From the NCBI RefSeq assembly GCF_036365525.1, contig NC_090376.1:92299914-92363913 (forward strand): DNA of 64,000 nucleotides. The letters are read 5' to 3'. The first letter of the stretch is position 1, and every line of letters starts with the position of its first letter. The notes under the pieces were generated by a model. It saw only the letters and a program-made list of their open reading frames with translations, made no database searches and had not been told where the DNA came from. Made by a program: the position numbers and the translations under genes. This DNA comes from Heterodontus francisci (taxonomy: Eukaryota). Shown piece by piece: positions 52,777 to 64,000 of the stretch.

Positions 52777-53544
52777 AACAATGGTTTGTAAATTTTGCAT
52801 GAGCTACCTGCCTCACCTCCATTAACAAGCCATTCAAAGCCATCTTGGAACATTAATACTGGTGGAGATGAGCCTCAAAGTGTAAACACAAAGAATGGAA
52901 CCCTGAGAGATTGGAATTTAGACATGATCTAATTAAATTGCAAAAGAGAGAATATACTGGACAATCGTGTGACAGTCTCTCCATCTATCTGAAAATTTGC
53001 CATTTCTTCTTTCAACAGCAGGCAAACACCTGCTTTGACCAGTGCAGGGCCCAACTGGAGTTCTGTCTCTGTCTCACTCCTCTCTTTCTGTAATCCTGTC
53101 AGTTCACACTGCTTGTAGACTGCAAAACATCCAAGTCTATCATTGCTGCGGACAGAGACGCTGGGGAGAAAACCATCTACATCACAGTCTCCAAGAAAAT
53201 CCTGAAGCAATTAGTCACCTAGACCAGCCAGAAACCTCAGGACCACGAGTTCAGCCGGAAGACAACTGAATTACCAGACTCCACAGACTGTATATTCTTT
53301 AATTTGTTGAGACTTAATCCAACCAATCTGTTGTTCTTCACTCTGTTCCCCACTTGTGTGTGCGTGAGAAAGTTGAAGCGTAGTTTATTATTTTACTTAG
53401 ATCGGGTTTTGGTTTTAAGTACAATAAACTAACCTCTTTCTTGTTTAAACTCAAGAAAACCTGTCTGATTGTTTTTTTTTATGATGATAGATAAAGGGTT
53501 AAACACTCACTGAATTGATAAGTATTTCCACTGCTTAAAAGAAA

Positions 53545-54599
53545 GCTGCATTTTCTGACAACGCAACCGCTACGTGGCGCAGTACTTGCACATGCACAAT
53601 TGCAGCCTCATGCACTGAAATGTCACTGTCTGCGACATTCTAGGTAGCTGCCAGAATTAAAGATGGCACTGCTCAATTTTTTACAAAAAACAAATTCAAT
53701 TCAATCGCTGCGATCCCACTCCACCCCCAACAATATCCCGCTTCTCTCGCCCAGCGATGCCACCCGCGCCCATCTGCTCACTGCTTGCTCCCGGCCTCGC
53801 CACTACCTTCCCTCAGCCACATGCTCCCCCCAACCTGTCGACCACTCACTCCCACTCGCCGCTTCATCCTCATCAGCCACTTGCTCCACTTACCGCTGCA
53901 ACGCACCCCCCCCACCCCCCCACCGACTCGACAGCCACCCGCTCCAGAACTTGCCGCTTCATTCCCCGCTTCTCCTCCGCACCACTGCCTCCCGCCTCTC
54001 CACGGGGGGAAGCGGGCAAAAGGGAGAGTGGCAAGATAGGGATCGGCAGGGGAGGGGACGGAGACCGTGACCGAGTGACTGGGGGAGAAGGGGACGTGGG
54101 AGGGAGCGGAGGCCGGGGGAGAAGCAGGAGGGACGGGCCAGTGGGGGGATGAAGTGGCAAGGCCTGGAGTGAATGGCTGATGAGGGAGGGTGGCTTTCAA
54201 CTAGTGAGCGGAGCGAGGGGCTGATGGGGCTGAAGTGGCGAGCAAGAGCAAGTGGACAACAGGGGTGGGGTTTGAAGTGGGGAGGGGGAGCGAATGGCCG
54301 ACAGCTGGGGGTGGGTGGGGGTTTTAAGCGGGGAGTATGTGGCTGAGGGAAGGCAGCAGATATGCCAGGGGCGAGTGGCGAGCAGACGGGCGTGGGAGGC
54401 AGCGCCGGGAAAGAGAAGCGGGATGACATTCCAGTACGCGATGACATCATCTTGCACATGCGTGAATTAATCCTGGCAAGAATGTAGGCTGCGTATGCGC
54501 AGCACCTTACTGACAGCAAGAGACCATTCTGCACATGTGCGCAGCTGGGAGCGCTCTGATGACATCGGGGCGCCTGATGCGTTGTCAGGAGTCACTTTG
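53545..54599. mobile_element. Unclassified GC-rich fold-back element, copy 2, inserted in LTR-like sequence
   Basis: Subterminal inverted ctgacaacgca / tgcgttgtcag; flanking direct repeat ttaaaagaaa (53535-53544, 54600-54609); inverted arms ~53735-53895 and ~54200-54425. Confidence 0.78.
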
Positions 54600-54811
54600 T
54601 TAAAAGAAATAAACCCAGTTACAGTCAAACTAGGAGAGGGGCAAGAGGGGCGCCTTTCGACCTCGTCTCACCTAATTGTAACAGCAGTAATTTTATTATT
54701 TGGTCTAAACTCAATTAATATTAACATTTGTCCATGCTTCTAAACACTGCTTTTTTGACCCTTTTCTCCATTAATCGTTGGTACAGTCAGTGAAGTTTAT
54801 GTGTAGTTGTG

Positions 54812-57356
54812 TCATAGAATCATAGTCATAGAGTTATACAGCACAGAAACAGGCCCATCGTGTCCGTGCTGGCCATCAAGCACCTATCCTAATCCCATTT
54901 TCCAGCACTTGGCCCGTAGCCTTGTATGCTATGGCATTTCAAGTGCTCATGTAAACACTTCTTAAATGTTATGAAGGGTCCTGCCTCTACCACACCTTCA
55001 GGCAGTGTTCCAGATTCCAACCATCCTCAGGGTGAAAAAAAGTTTTCCTCAAATCCCCTGTGGTTAGCACCGCAGCCTCACAGCTCCAGAGACCCAGGTT
55101 CAATTCTGGGTACTGCCTGTGTGGAGTTTGCAAGTTTTCCCTGTGTCTGCGTGGGTTTTCTCCGGGTGCTCCGGTTTCCTCCCACAAGCCAAAAGACTTA
55201 CAGGTTGGTAGGTAAATTGGCCATTATAAATTGCCCCGTGTATAGGTAGGTGGTAGGGAAATATAGGGACAGGTGGGGATGTGGTAGGAGTATGGAATTA
55301 GTCTAGGATTAGTATAAATGGGTGGTTGATGGTCGGCACAGACTCGGTGGGCCGAAGGGCCTGTTTCAGTGCTGTATCTCTGAACTGAACTGAACTGAAA
55401 CCTCCTGCCCCTTAACTTAAATCTATGCCCCCTCGTTATTGACCACCCTATCTATGCCCCTCATAATTTTGTATACCCCTACCAGGTCTCCCCTCAGCCT
55501 TCTCTGCTCTAAGGAAAACAACCCTAGCATATCTTCTCTTCCTAGCTGAAAAGTTCCAGCCCAGGCAACATCCTGGTGAATCTCCTCTGCACCCTCTCCA
55601 GTACAGTTACATCCTTCCTATAGTGTGGTGTCCAGAACTGTACACAGTACTCCAGCTGTGGCCCAACTAGCGTTTTATACAGCTCCATCATAACCTCCCT
55701 GCTCTTATATTCTATGCCTTGGCTAATAAGGCAAGTATCCCATATGCCTCCCGAACCACCTTATCTACCTGAGCTGCTGTCTTCAGTGATCTATGGACAA
55801 ATACACCAAAGTCCCTCTGACCCTCTGTACATCCTAGGCTCCTACCACATTGTATATTCCCTTGCCTTGTTAGACCTCCCAAAATGCATCACCTCACACT
55901 TCTCAGGATTAAATTCCATTTGCCACTGCTCTCTCTGCCCATCATACGAGCCCATCTATATCGTCCTGTAATCTAAGGTTTTCCTCCTCACTATTTACTA
56001 TACCAGCAATTTTCGTGTCATCTGTGAACTTAATGATCATACCTCCGATAATCATGTCTAAATCATTACTGTACACTACAGACAGCAAGGGTCCCAGCAC
56101 CGATTCCTACGGTACACCACTGGTCACAGGCTTCCAATCGCAAAAACAACTTTTGACCATCAACCTCTGCCTCCTGCCACAAATTCAATTTTGGAGCCAC
56201 TTTACCAAATTGCCTTGGATCTTATGGGCTCTTATCTTCTTAACCAATCTCCCATGCGGGACCTTATCAAAAGCCTCACTGAAGTCCATGCAGACAACAT
56301 CAACAGCTTTACCCTCATCTACACACCTAGTCACCTTGAAAAATTCAATAAAGTTTGTTAGACATGATCTCCCTCTGACAAAGCCATACTGACTATCCTT
56401 GATGAATCCCTGCCTCTCCAAGTGGAGATTAATCCTGTCCCTCAGAATTTTTCCAATAGTTTCCATAGCACTGATGTTAGATTCACCGGCCTGTAATTAC
56501 CTGGTTTATCCCTGCTACCCTTCTTAAATAATGGTACCACATTCACTGTCCTCCAGTCCTCTGGCACCTCTCCTGTGGCCAGAGAAGATTTGAAAATTTG
56601 TGTCAGAGCCCCTGCTGTCTCCTCCCTTGCCTCACATAACACCCTGGGATACAAGTCATCTGAGCCCAGGGATTTATCCACTTTTAAGCCCGCTAAAACC
56701 GCTAATACCTCCTCCCTTTCAGTGCTAATTTATTCGAGTTTATCACTATCCCCCTCCCTGATCTCTACACCTATATCGTCCTTCTCCATAGTGAACACAG
56801 ATGAAAAGTAATCTTTTAAAACCTCACCTACGTCTTCCGGCTCCACACACAGATTGCCACTTTGGTCCTTAATGGGCCCTACTTTTTCCCTGGTTATCCT
56901 CTTGCCCTTAATATACCTATAAAACGCCTTGGGATTTTCCTTTATCTTGCCCGCCAGTGTTTCTTCATGCCCCCCTCCCTTTGCTCTCCTAATTACTTTT
57001 TTAAGTACCCCCTCTACATTTTCTATACTCCTCTAGGCCCTCCACTGTTTTCAGCCCCCTGAATCTGCCATAAGCCTCCTTTTTTTGCCTTATCCAGTCC
57101 TCTATATCCTTTGACTTCCAGGGTTCCATAGACTTGTTGGTTCTACCCTTCACCTTTACGGGAACATGCTGGCCCTGAACTCTCACTATTTCCTTTTTGA
57201 ATGACTCCCACTGGTCTGGTGTAGACTTTCCTACAAGTAACTGTTCCCAGTCCACTTTGGCCAGATCCTGTTTTATCATATTGAAATCGATCTTCCCCCA
57301 ATTCAGTACCTTTATTTCCGGTCCATCTTTGTCCTTTTCCATAACTACCTTAAATC
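54812..57356 (-). mobile_element. 5'-truncated CR1, same subfamily as 46426-52776 but inverted
   Basis: (tcatag)n tail; FKVVMEKDKDGPEIKVLNWG and GFVRGRSCLTN match 47908-49200. Confidence 0.92.
55060..55398 (+). mobile_element. HE1-like V-SINE (tRNA-derived head, V core, CR1-type tail)
   Basis: gtggttagcac, B-box-like ggttcaattc (55097), V core tgtgtggagtttgca...gggtgctccggtttcctcccaca, tail gggccgaagggcctgtttc plus (TGAAC)n; it splits the host CR1 at aaatcccct|aaacctcc. Confidence 0.92.
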
Positions 57357-58141
57357 TGTACAACACATTATCAGGTTTCTCTGGCTGGGTAGTTGACCAA
57401 GGGTATGTCTGCGAAAGATGGATCAAATCTCTCGAACGATAATCACTGCTATAGGGCAATCTAACTCCAGGATTTCATTGCCTACCCTCAAAATCCTGTT
57501 CATTATGTCGGCAAATACCATCTCAAGATCTCTCTAACACAAAGTAGAACATTTCTAAAATAAGTCACATCGGGATCCAGCATTGATGCTATTTTTGCTT
57601 GTTTAACTGCAGTTAATGTGGAATGTACAAATTTACTCAAGATTTACTTAATTCCCATATAATGCTAATTTCAGAAAATGCTGAGAATAGTATGGTTTGT
57701 CAGCATCTGAAGAAAGAAAAAATAGGCTAACAATTTGGGAGTAAGCCTTGGCAAAATCTGGAAGATAAATGAGCCTTACTATCACACTGAACAAAACGAA
57801 GAGAACGCACAAAAATCATAGCAGATATGGCTGCCTGCTATAATACAGAAACAGTTGATGGATATAATAGCCTAAATAATTTGTTTTTGTTATTGTATAA
57901 ATGCCTGTGAATACATTATTTAAAAAAGCAAGAAAGAGGTTAAAAAATTGCTGGTTGATATGAATTGTAAAAGTCAGTCTGAAGTTATTTTTTGGGTTTA
58001 TTGGAGACATACTCCAATATCTATTTTCAGCCATTTTCATTGGGACAGCATTCAATCTGATGAACTGTAAATTCTTTGATGAGGTTTTAAGTCAAGTCAA
58101 ATTGGCACTCTGAACACAAAGCAAATTCTTTTTATTTGCAG

Positions 58142-58252
58142 GCTGACGCACAAGTTGACAAGGAAAGGCAGAATTTTTATGAAGCTTCATTGGAGTATGT
58201 GTTCAAAGTTCAAGAAGTTCAGGAGAAGAAGAAATTTGAGTTTGTTGAACCT
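58142..58252 (+). CDS. ARHGAP42: Next coding exon (111 nt, phase 0/0) of ARHGAP42, BAR domain
   Basis: Acceptor tttttatttgcag ends at 58141; GTAAGT donor at 58253. Translates to [37 protein letters not shown] and joins in frame to the 39350-39451 exon across an 18.7-kb intron. Confidence 0.93.
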
Positions 58253-59702
58253 GTAAGTCGATGCTCCAGTTTCCCAACCAGTTGCACTATGTTGCAATCT
58301 TTTGCTAAACAATACTGCAGGATTTCTTTAGTGTGAACTGTGAGGAGCTGTCTTTACAGAGCAAATAAATTGCTTTTAACGAATTTAATACACTTCAAAA
58401 AAAAAACAGCATTTATATATTTTTGCATCTATTTATTTGCATATGTAACAATGCTAAAACTACATTTTTAAAAACCAAACTATTTTTCACATTTTTAACG
58501 CGAAGTCTGGTACTATGTTGGGGTAAATAATGATAGAATGGTTACAGCACAGAAGGAGGCCTTCAGCATGTTGTTTACATACGAACATACGAATTAGGAG
58601 CAGGAGTAGACCAGTCGGCCCTTCGAGCCAGCACCGCCATTCAAAAAGTTCACGGCTGAACTGATTTCTCCACATTACAACCTATCCCCAATAATCTTTC
58701 ACCCCCTTGCTTATCAAGAATCTATCTCCCTCTGCCTTAAACATATTCAAAGACTCTGCTTCCACTGCCTTTTGAGGAAGAGAGTTCCAAAGATTCATGA
58801 CCCTCTGAGAGAAAAGATTTCTCCTCATCTCTGTCTTAGATGGGCGTTCCCTTATTTTTAAACAGTGACCCCTGGTTCTACATTCTCCCACAAAGGGAAA
58901 CATCCTTTCCACATCGACCCTGTCAAGACCCCTCAGAATCTTATATGTTTCAATCAAGTCGCCTCTTACTCTTCTAAATTCCAGCGGATACAAGCCTGTC
59001 CTGTCCAATCTTCCCTCATAAGATAGCCTGTCCAATCCAGGTGTCAGTCCAGTAAACCTTCTTTGAACTGCTTCCAATGCATTTACAACCTTCCTTAAAT
59101 AAGGAGACCAATACTGTACACAGTACTCCAGATGTGGTCTCACCAATGCCCTGAAGCGTAACCTTTTGTATTCAATTCCCCTCACGATAAACGAAAATAT
59201 TCTATTAGCTTTCCGAATGAGGTGCTGTACCTGCTACTAACCTTTTGCAATTCATGCACTTGGACACCCAGATCCTGCATCTCAGAGCTCTGCAATCTCT
59301 CATCATTTAGATAAATAAGCTTCTTTGTTATTCTTCCTGCCAAACTGGACAACTTCACTTTTTCCCACATTAAACTCCATCTGTCAGATTTTTGCCCACT
59401 CATTTAACCTATCTATACCCCTTTGTAGCCTCCTTAGGTCCTCTTCACAATCTACTTTCCTACCTATCTTTGTATCATCAGCAAATTTAGCAACCATACC
59501 TTTGATCCCTTCATCTAAGTCATTTATATAAATTGTAAAAAGTTGAGGCCCCAGCACAGATCCCTGTGGCACACCACTCATTACATCTTGCCAACCAGAA
59601 AATGACCCATTTATGCCTATTCTCTGTTTCCTGTTAGCTAGCAATCTTCTATCCATGCCAATATGTTACCCCCTACACCATGAGCTTTTTTTTTCTGCAA
59701 TA

Positions 59703-60333
59703 ATATGGAGTAGCCATATAAATACTGTGGCTACAAGAGCAGGTCAGAGGCTGGGAATCCTGAGGCGAGGAACTCACCTCCTGACTCCCCAAAGCCTGTC
59801 CACCATCTACAAGGCACAAGTCAGGAGTGTGATGGAATACTCTCCACTTGCCTGGATGGGTGCAGTTCCAACAACACTCAAGAAGCTCGACACCATCCAG
59901 GACAAAGCAGCCCGCTTGATTGGCACCCCATCTACAAACATTCACTCCCTCCACCACCGACGCACAGTGGCAGCAGTGTGTACCATCTACAAGATGCACT
60001 GCAGCAATGCACCAAGGCTCCTTAGACAGCACCTTCCAAACCCGCGACCTCTACCAACTCGAAGGTCAAGGGCAGCAAATACATGGGAAGACCACCACCT
60101 GGAAGTTCCCCTCCAAGTCACACACCATCCTGGCTTGGAACTATATCGTCATTCCTTCACTGTCGCTGGGTCAAAATCCTGGAACTCCCTTCCTAACAGC
60201 ACTGTGGGTATACCTACCAAAAATGGACTGCAGCGGTTCAAGAAGGCAGCTCACCACCACCTTCTCAAGGGATCGGCAATAAATGCTGACCTGGCCAGTG
60301 ATGCCTATATCCCATGAATTAATAAAAAAAAAA
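59703..60333 (+). mobile_element. Young 5'-truncated family B LINE nested in CR1
   Basis: About 200 uninterrupted codons (WSSHINTVATRAGQRLGIL...) followed by an AATAAA/poly(A) end; host CR1 sequence continues on both sides. Confidence 0.92.
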
Positions 60334-62743
60334 TGTGGCACATTGTCAAATGCCTTTTGGAAATCTAAGTACAATACATCCACTGGTTCCTCTTTATTAA
60401 AACACATGTAAATTCCTCAAAGAACTCCAATAAATTGGTTAAACATGATATCCCTTTCACAAAACCATGTTGACTCTGCCTGATTACCTTCAATTTTTCT
60501 AAATGCACTGCTTTAATGTCTTTAATAATAGCTTCTAACATTTACCCTCAGACAGATGTTAAGCTCTATTCATCTATCCCTTCACCTAATTTGCCAGTTT
60601 AGCTAGCTCTGCTTTCATGCATTCTTAATTGCCCTTATTTAAGTTTAAAATACTGGTCTTGGACCCACTCTTCTCTCCCTCAAACTGAATGTAAAATTCA
60701 ATCATATTATGATCGCTGCTACCTAGGGGTGCCTTAACTATGAGGTCATTAATTAATCCTATCTCATTGCACAATACCAGGTCTAGTATAGCCTGCTGTC
60801 TGGTTGGCTCCAGAACATACGGTTCCAAGAAATTATCCCGAAATTTTCTATGTACTCCTTATCTAGACTACCTCTGGCCATCTGATTTTTCCAGTCTATA
60901 TGTAGGTTAAAACCCCCCATGATTACCATCGTAACTTTCGGACAGGCTGTCATTATTTCTTCCTGTGTGCCCCGTCCTACAGTGTGGTTAACGTTAGATG
61001 GCCTGTACACCACTCCCACAAGTGATATTTGCCTTTATGATTTCTCATCTCTACCCAAACTGCTTCTACATCCTGGTCTCCTGAACTTAGGTCATCCCTC
61101 TGTATTGCGCTAATACCATCATTAATTAACAGAGCCTCCCCTCCACATTTTCCTAGCTTCCTGTCCTTCCTAAATGCCATGGGCCCTTCAATATTCAGGT
61201 CCCAATCTATGTCATCCTTCAGCCATGTCTCTGTAATGGCTATCAGATCATACTTATTTATTTCTATTTGTGCTCTCAGTTCATCTGTTTTGTTTCGAAT
61301 GCTACGTGCATTCAGATACAGAGCCTTTAGTTTTGTCCTTTTATTATTTTTGTAACCTCTAGCCTTATCTGGTGACTTACTCTTAGGAAGAGACAGAGTG
61401 TACAAATCTGTCACAGTCTGTTTATCATTTCCCACAGTAATACCTTCCTCTCTTGCCTTGGCCCTACTCCTTGATTTACCATATCTTCCCAAGTTTGATT
61501 CCTTGCCCCCACAATTCAGTTTAAAACTCTCTCCACTTCCCTAGTTATACGGCTCGCAGGAACACCGGCCCCAGCACGGTTCAAGTGTAGACCATCCCAG
61601 CTGTACAGCCACCACTTTCCCCAGTACTGGTGCCAGTGCCCCACGAACCGGAACCCACTTCTGCCACACCAGTCTTTGAGCCATGCGTTAATTTCTCTAA
61701 TCATATTCGCCCTATGCCAATTTGCATGTGGCTCAGATAATAATCCAGGGATTATTACCTTTGAGGTTCTGTTTATTTAATGCCTAATTCCTCATACTAA
61801 CTATGCAGAACCTATTTCCTTGTCCTGCCTATGTGTTTCTACCTACATGGACCACGACGACTGGATCCTCCCTCTCCCACTGTAAGTTCCTCTTCAGCCC
61901 TGGGCAGATGTCCCGAGCCCTGGCACCTGGCAGGCAACACAACCGTCTGGACTCTCGCTCTTTGCTGCAGAGAACAGTGTCAATCCCCCTAACTATACTG
62001 TCTCCTACTACCCTTACAATCTTTTATTCTCTCTACACTTGAATGACTTCCTGTACCATGATGTCATGGTCAGGTTGCTCATCCACTCTGCAGCCCCCAC
62101 TCTCATCCAAACAAGTTGAAAGAACCTCAGACCTGTTGGACAGTCGTAAAGGCTGAGGCTCCTGCACTCCTGCCTTCTGGGACCCCTTACCTGCCTCAGC
62201 TGCAGCCACGCTCTCCTGTCCCTGACCACTGACCAAATCAGAAGACCCTATCCTAAGGGGTGTGACCACCTCCTGGTACAAAGTGTCCAGGTAACTTTCC
62301 CCTCCCTGATTTGTCGCAGTGTCTGCTGCTTGGCCTCCAGTTCAGTGAATCTGAGCCAAAGCTCTTTGCACTGCAAACACTTACTGCAGATATGTTTGCC
62401 CTACATTACACTGGCATCCAGGAGCTCCCACATGCTGCAGCCGTGACACATCACCTGTCCTGCCATCCTTATTGTGTTTCAACTAAATACTTAATTATTT
62501 TATCCAATTATTTATTTTATTTTCCTTTTTATGTGTTTTATTAAGCTTACCATTAGTTCCTTTATTATTTTTAACGTTAGGATTAGAATAGACCTTAACC
62601 ACTTAGATACTCACCTAATAGCTAGCTTCTTGCCCAGCCAATCACCTACCTGCTTGCTTGTGATGTCACACTCGATTTTCTTTGAAGGACTATTTCTACT
62701 GAACTGGATAGAATGGAGGCTAGCCTGTCCCCACACACCGCGC

Positions 62744-63378
62744 TCTTTTTGAAGTGAAGCCTCTCCCTGCACTCCGCGCTGTTTTTGAAGTGAAGGCACT
62801 CCCCGCAGTCTGCACTCTTTTTGAAGTGAAGCCTCTCCCAACACGCTGCGCTCTTTCTGAAGTGAAGCCTTTCCCAGCACTCTGCACTCTTTTTGAAGTG
62901 AAGCCTCTCCCAGCATTCTGCGCTCTTTTTGAAGTGAAGCCTCTCCCAGCACTTCGCGTTCTTTTTGAAGTGAAGCCTCTGCCAGCACTCCGTGCTCTTT
63001 TTGAAGTGAAGGCTCTCCCAGCACGCGTTCTTTTTGAAGTGAAGTCTCTGCCAGCACTCTGCATTCTTTTTGAAGTGAAGCCTTTCCCCGTACTCAGCGC
63101 TTTTTTTGAAGTGAAGCTTGTCCCAGCACTCCGCGCTTTTTTTGAAGTGAAGCCTCTCCCAGCACTCTGCTCTCTTTTTGAAGTGAAGCCTCTCCTAGCA
63201 CTCTGCGCTCTTTTTGAAGTGAAGCCTCTCCCAGCACTCTGCACTCTATTTGAAGTGAAGCCTCTCCCCGTACTCCGCGCTTTTTTTGAAGTGAAGCCTC
63301 TCCCCGTACTCCGCGCTTTTTTTGAAGTGAAGCCTCTCCCAGCACTCTGCACTTTTTTTTTGAAGTGAAGCTTCTCCC
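62744..63378. repeat. Tandem array of 18 copies of a 36-bp unit (consensus ~TTTTTGAAGTGAAGCCTCTCCCAGCACTCTGCGCTC)
   Basis: GAAGTGAAG at 62751, 62787, 62823 ... 63324, 63362; spacing is 36 except one 33 and one 38. Confidence 0.97.
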
Positions 63379-63405
63379 GCCCTCCCTGCTCTTTTCAAAC
63401 TTTCG

Positions 63406-64000
63406 GTGCCAGTTCTCTGCAAGAGCAACTCAGCTCGTCCCAGTCCCCTGCTCTTTCCCTATAGTCCTGCAAATGTTTTCTCTTTAGTTGCTTATCCAAT
63501 CTCCTTTTGAAAGCTCCTGTCCTATCTGCCTCCACCACACACTCAGGTAGTGCATTCCAGATCCTAACCACTTGCTACGTAAAAGAGGTTTTCCTCATGT
63601 TGCCGTTGGTTCTTTTGCCAGTTACCTTAAATCGATGTCCTTTGGTTCTCGATCCTTCCCCCAATGAGAACAGTATCTCTCTATCTACTCTATGATTTTC
63701 AATACTTCTGTCAAATTTCCTGTCAACTTTCTCTTCTCAACCCTAGCTTCTCCAATCTATCCACATAACTCCCTTATCCCTGGAACCATTCATGTAAATC
63801 TTTTCTCTAAAGCCTGAAGTGCGGTGCCCAGAATTGGACACAATACTCCAGTTGAGGCGAAAACAGAGTTTTATATAGGTTCATGATAACTTCCTTGCTT
63901 TTGTACTTTATGCCTCTATTTATAAAAGGCAGGACCTCTCATGCCTTTTTAACCACTTTCTCATCCTGTCTGCCACTGTCAACTTCAGTTTTCTGTAAAT
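63406..64000 (-). mobile_element. Older CR1 3' region whose extreme tail is stranded at ~58532-58575
   Basis: Colinear with 250-870; the missing tail (acagcacagaaggaggcc) sits just left of the 58577 element. Confidence 0.8.

Larger units (their letters stand above)
39816..54683 (+). mobile_element. Decayed Gmr1-like Ty3/gypsy LTR retrotransposon (internal region 39855-46400), with nested insertions
   Basis: PBS-like tgggggctc..gccgggat 39863-39885; gag from 39993 with RELILLEEF and CYHCHKVEHLHAEC; protease LRDTG ~41380; integrase HHCC ~42900-43020, core to GALERYHQTLK ~43475 and GPY ~43885; RT 45010-45800; RNase H DASDLGVGAVL ~45930; PPT 46390-46400; 3' LTR starts at 46401 and is inferred to resume at 52777-53544 and 54600-54683. 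Many stops and frameshifts. Confidence 0.9.
58577..63405 (-). mobile_element. Near-full-length decayed CR1: 5' tandem array, ORF1 (~62466-61516), ORF2 (61492-58682, internal deletion near 60565), 3' tail
   Basis: ORF1 MAGQVMCHGC..HICSKC..ELEAK (zinc finger/zipper) and WDGLHLN (esterase); ORF2 YLNARSIRNK, IAITETW, GSSDHN, KFADDTKI; tail acatacgaacatacgaattaggagcagg. Confidence 0.92.

Noticed and set aside
53663-54534. Proline- or glycine-rich protein genes or a CpG-island promoter (also 21815-22479, 44317-44628)
   Set aside because: Overlapping ORFs on both strands arise from low-complexity GC-rich inserts with element-like boundaries.
55060-55110. tRNA gene
   Set aside because: It is the truncated tRNA-derived head of a SINE, continuous with the V core and lacking a full cloverleaf.
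62611-63368. Repeat-protein ORFs of 148-210 aa
   Set aside because: They follow from a stop-free 36-bp unit and are open on both strands; there is no other evidence of a gene.
62744-63378. CRISPR-like array (constant core with variable intervening sequence)
   Set aside because: The intervening parts are variants of one sequence, not unique spacers; the context is a vertebrate intron with no cas genes.

Overview
This is eukaryotic DNA, very probably from a shark or other cartilaginous fish, judged from its repeat families (HE1/V-SINE, SacSINE1-like DeuSINE, shark-type CR1). The window lies inside one + strand host gene, most likely ARHGAP42 (GRAF3). Only two BAR-domain exons are present (39350-39451 and 58142-58252). 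The rest is intron, densely filled with decayed and often nested transposons. These are several CR1 LINEs (one nearly full length with an 18-copy 36-bp array at its 5' end), a poly(A)-tailed CR1/L2-group LINE family, RTE and L2 LINEs, Penelope remnants, two Harbinger fossils, hAT and Harbinger MITEs, SINEs and LTR elements. The most informative structure is a decayed Gmr1-like gypsy element. It has a SCAN-like gag, integrase before RT, a tRNA-Pro-type PBS, a 5' LTR reduced to 39 bp, and a 3' LTR split by nested insertions. Two copies of an unclassified GC-rich fold-back element are the best candidate for something undescribed. Most ORF-track entries are transposon fragments or noise. I see no prokaryotic system and no CRISPR array. 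All family assignments are by eye and from memory, not from database searches.
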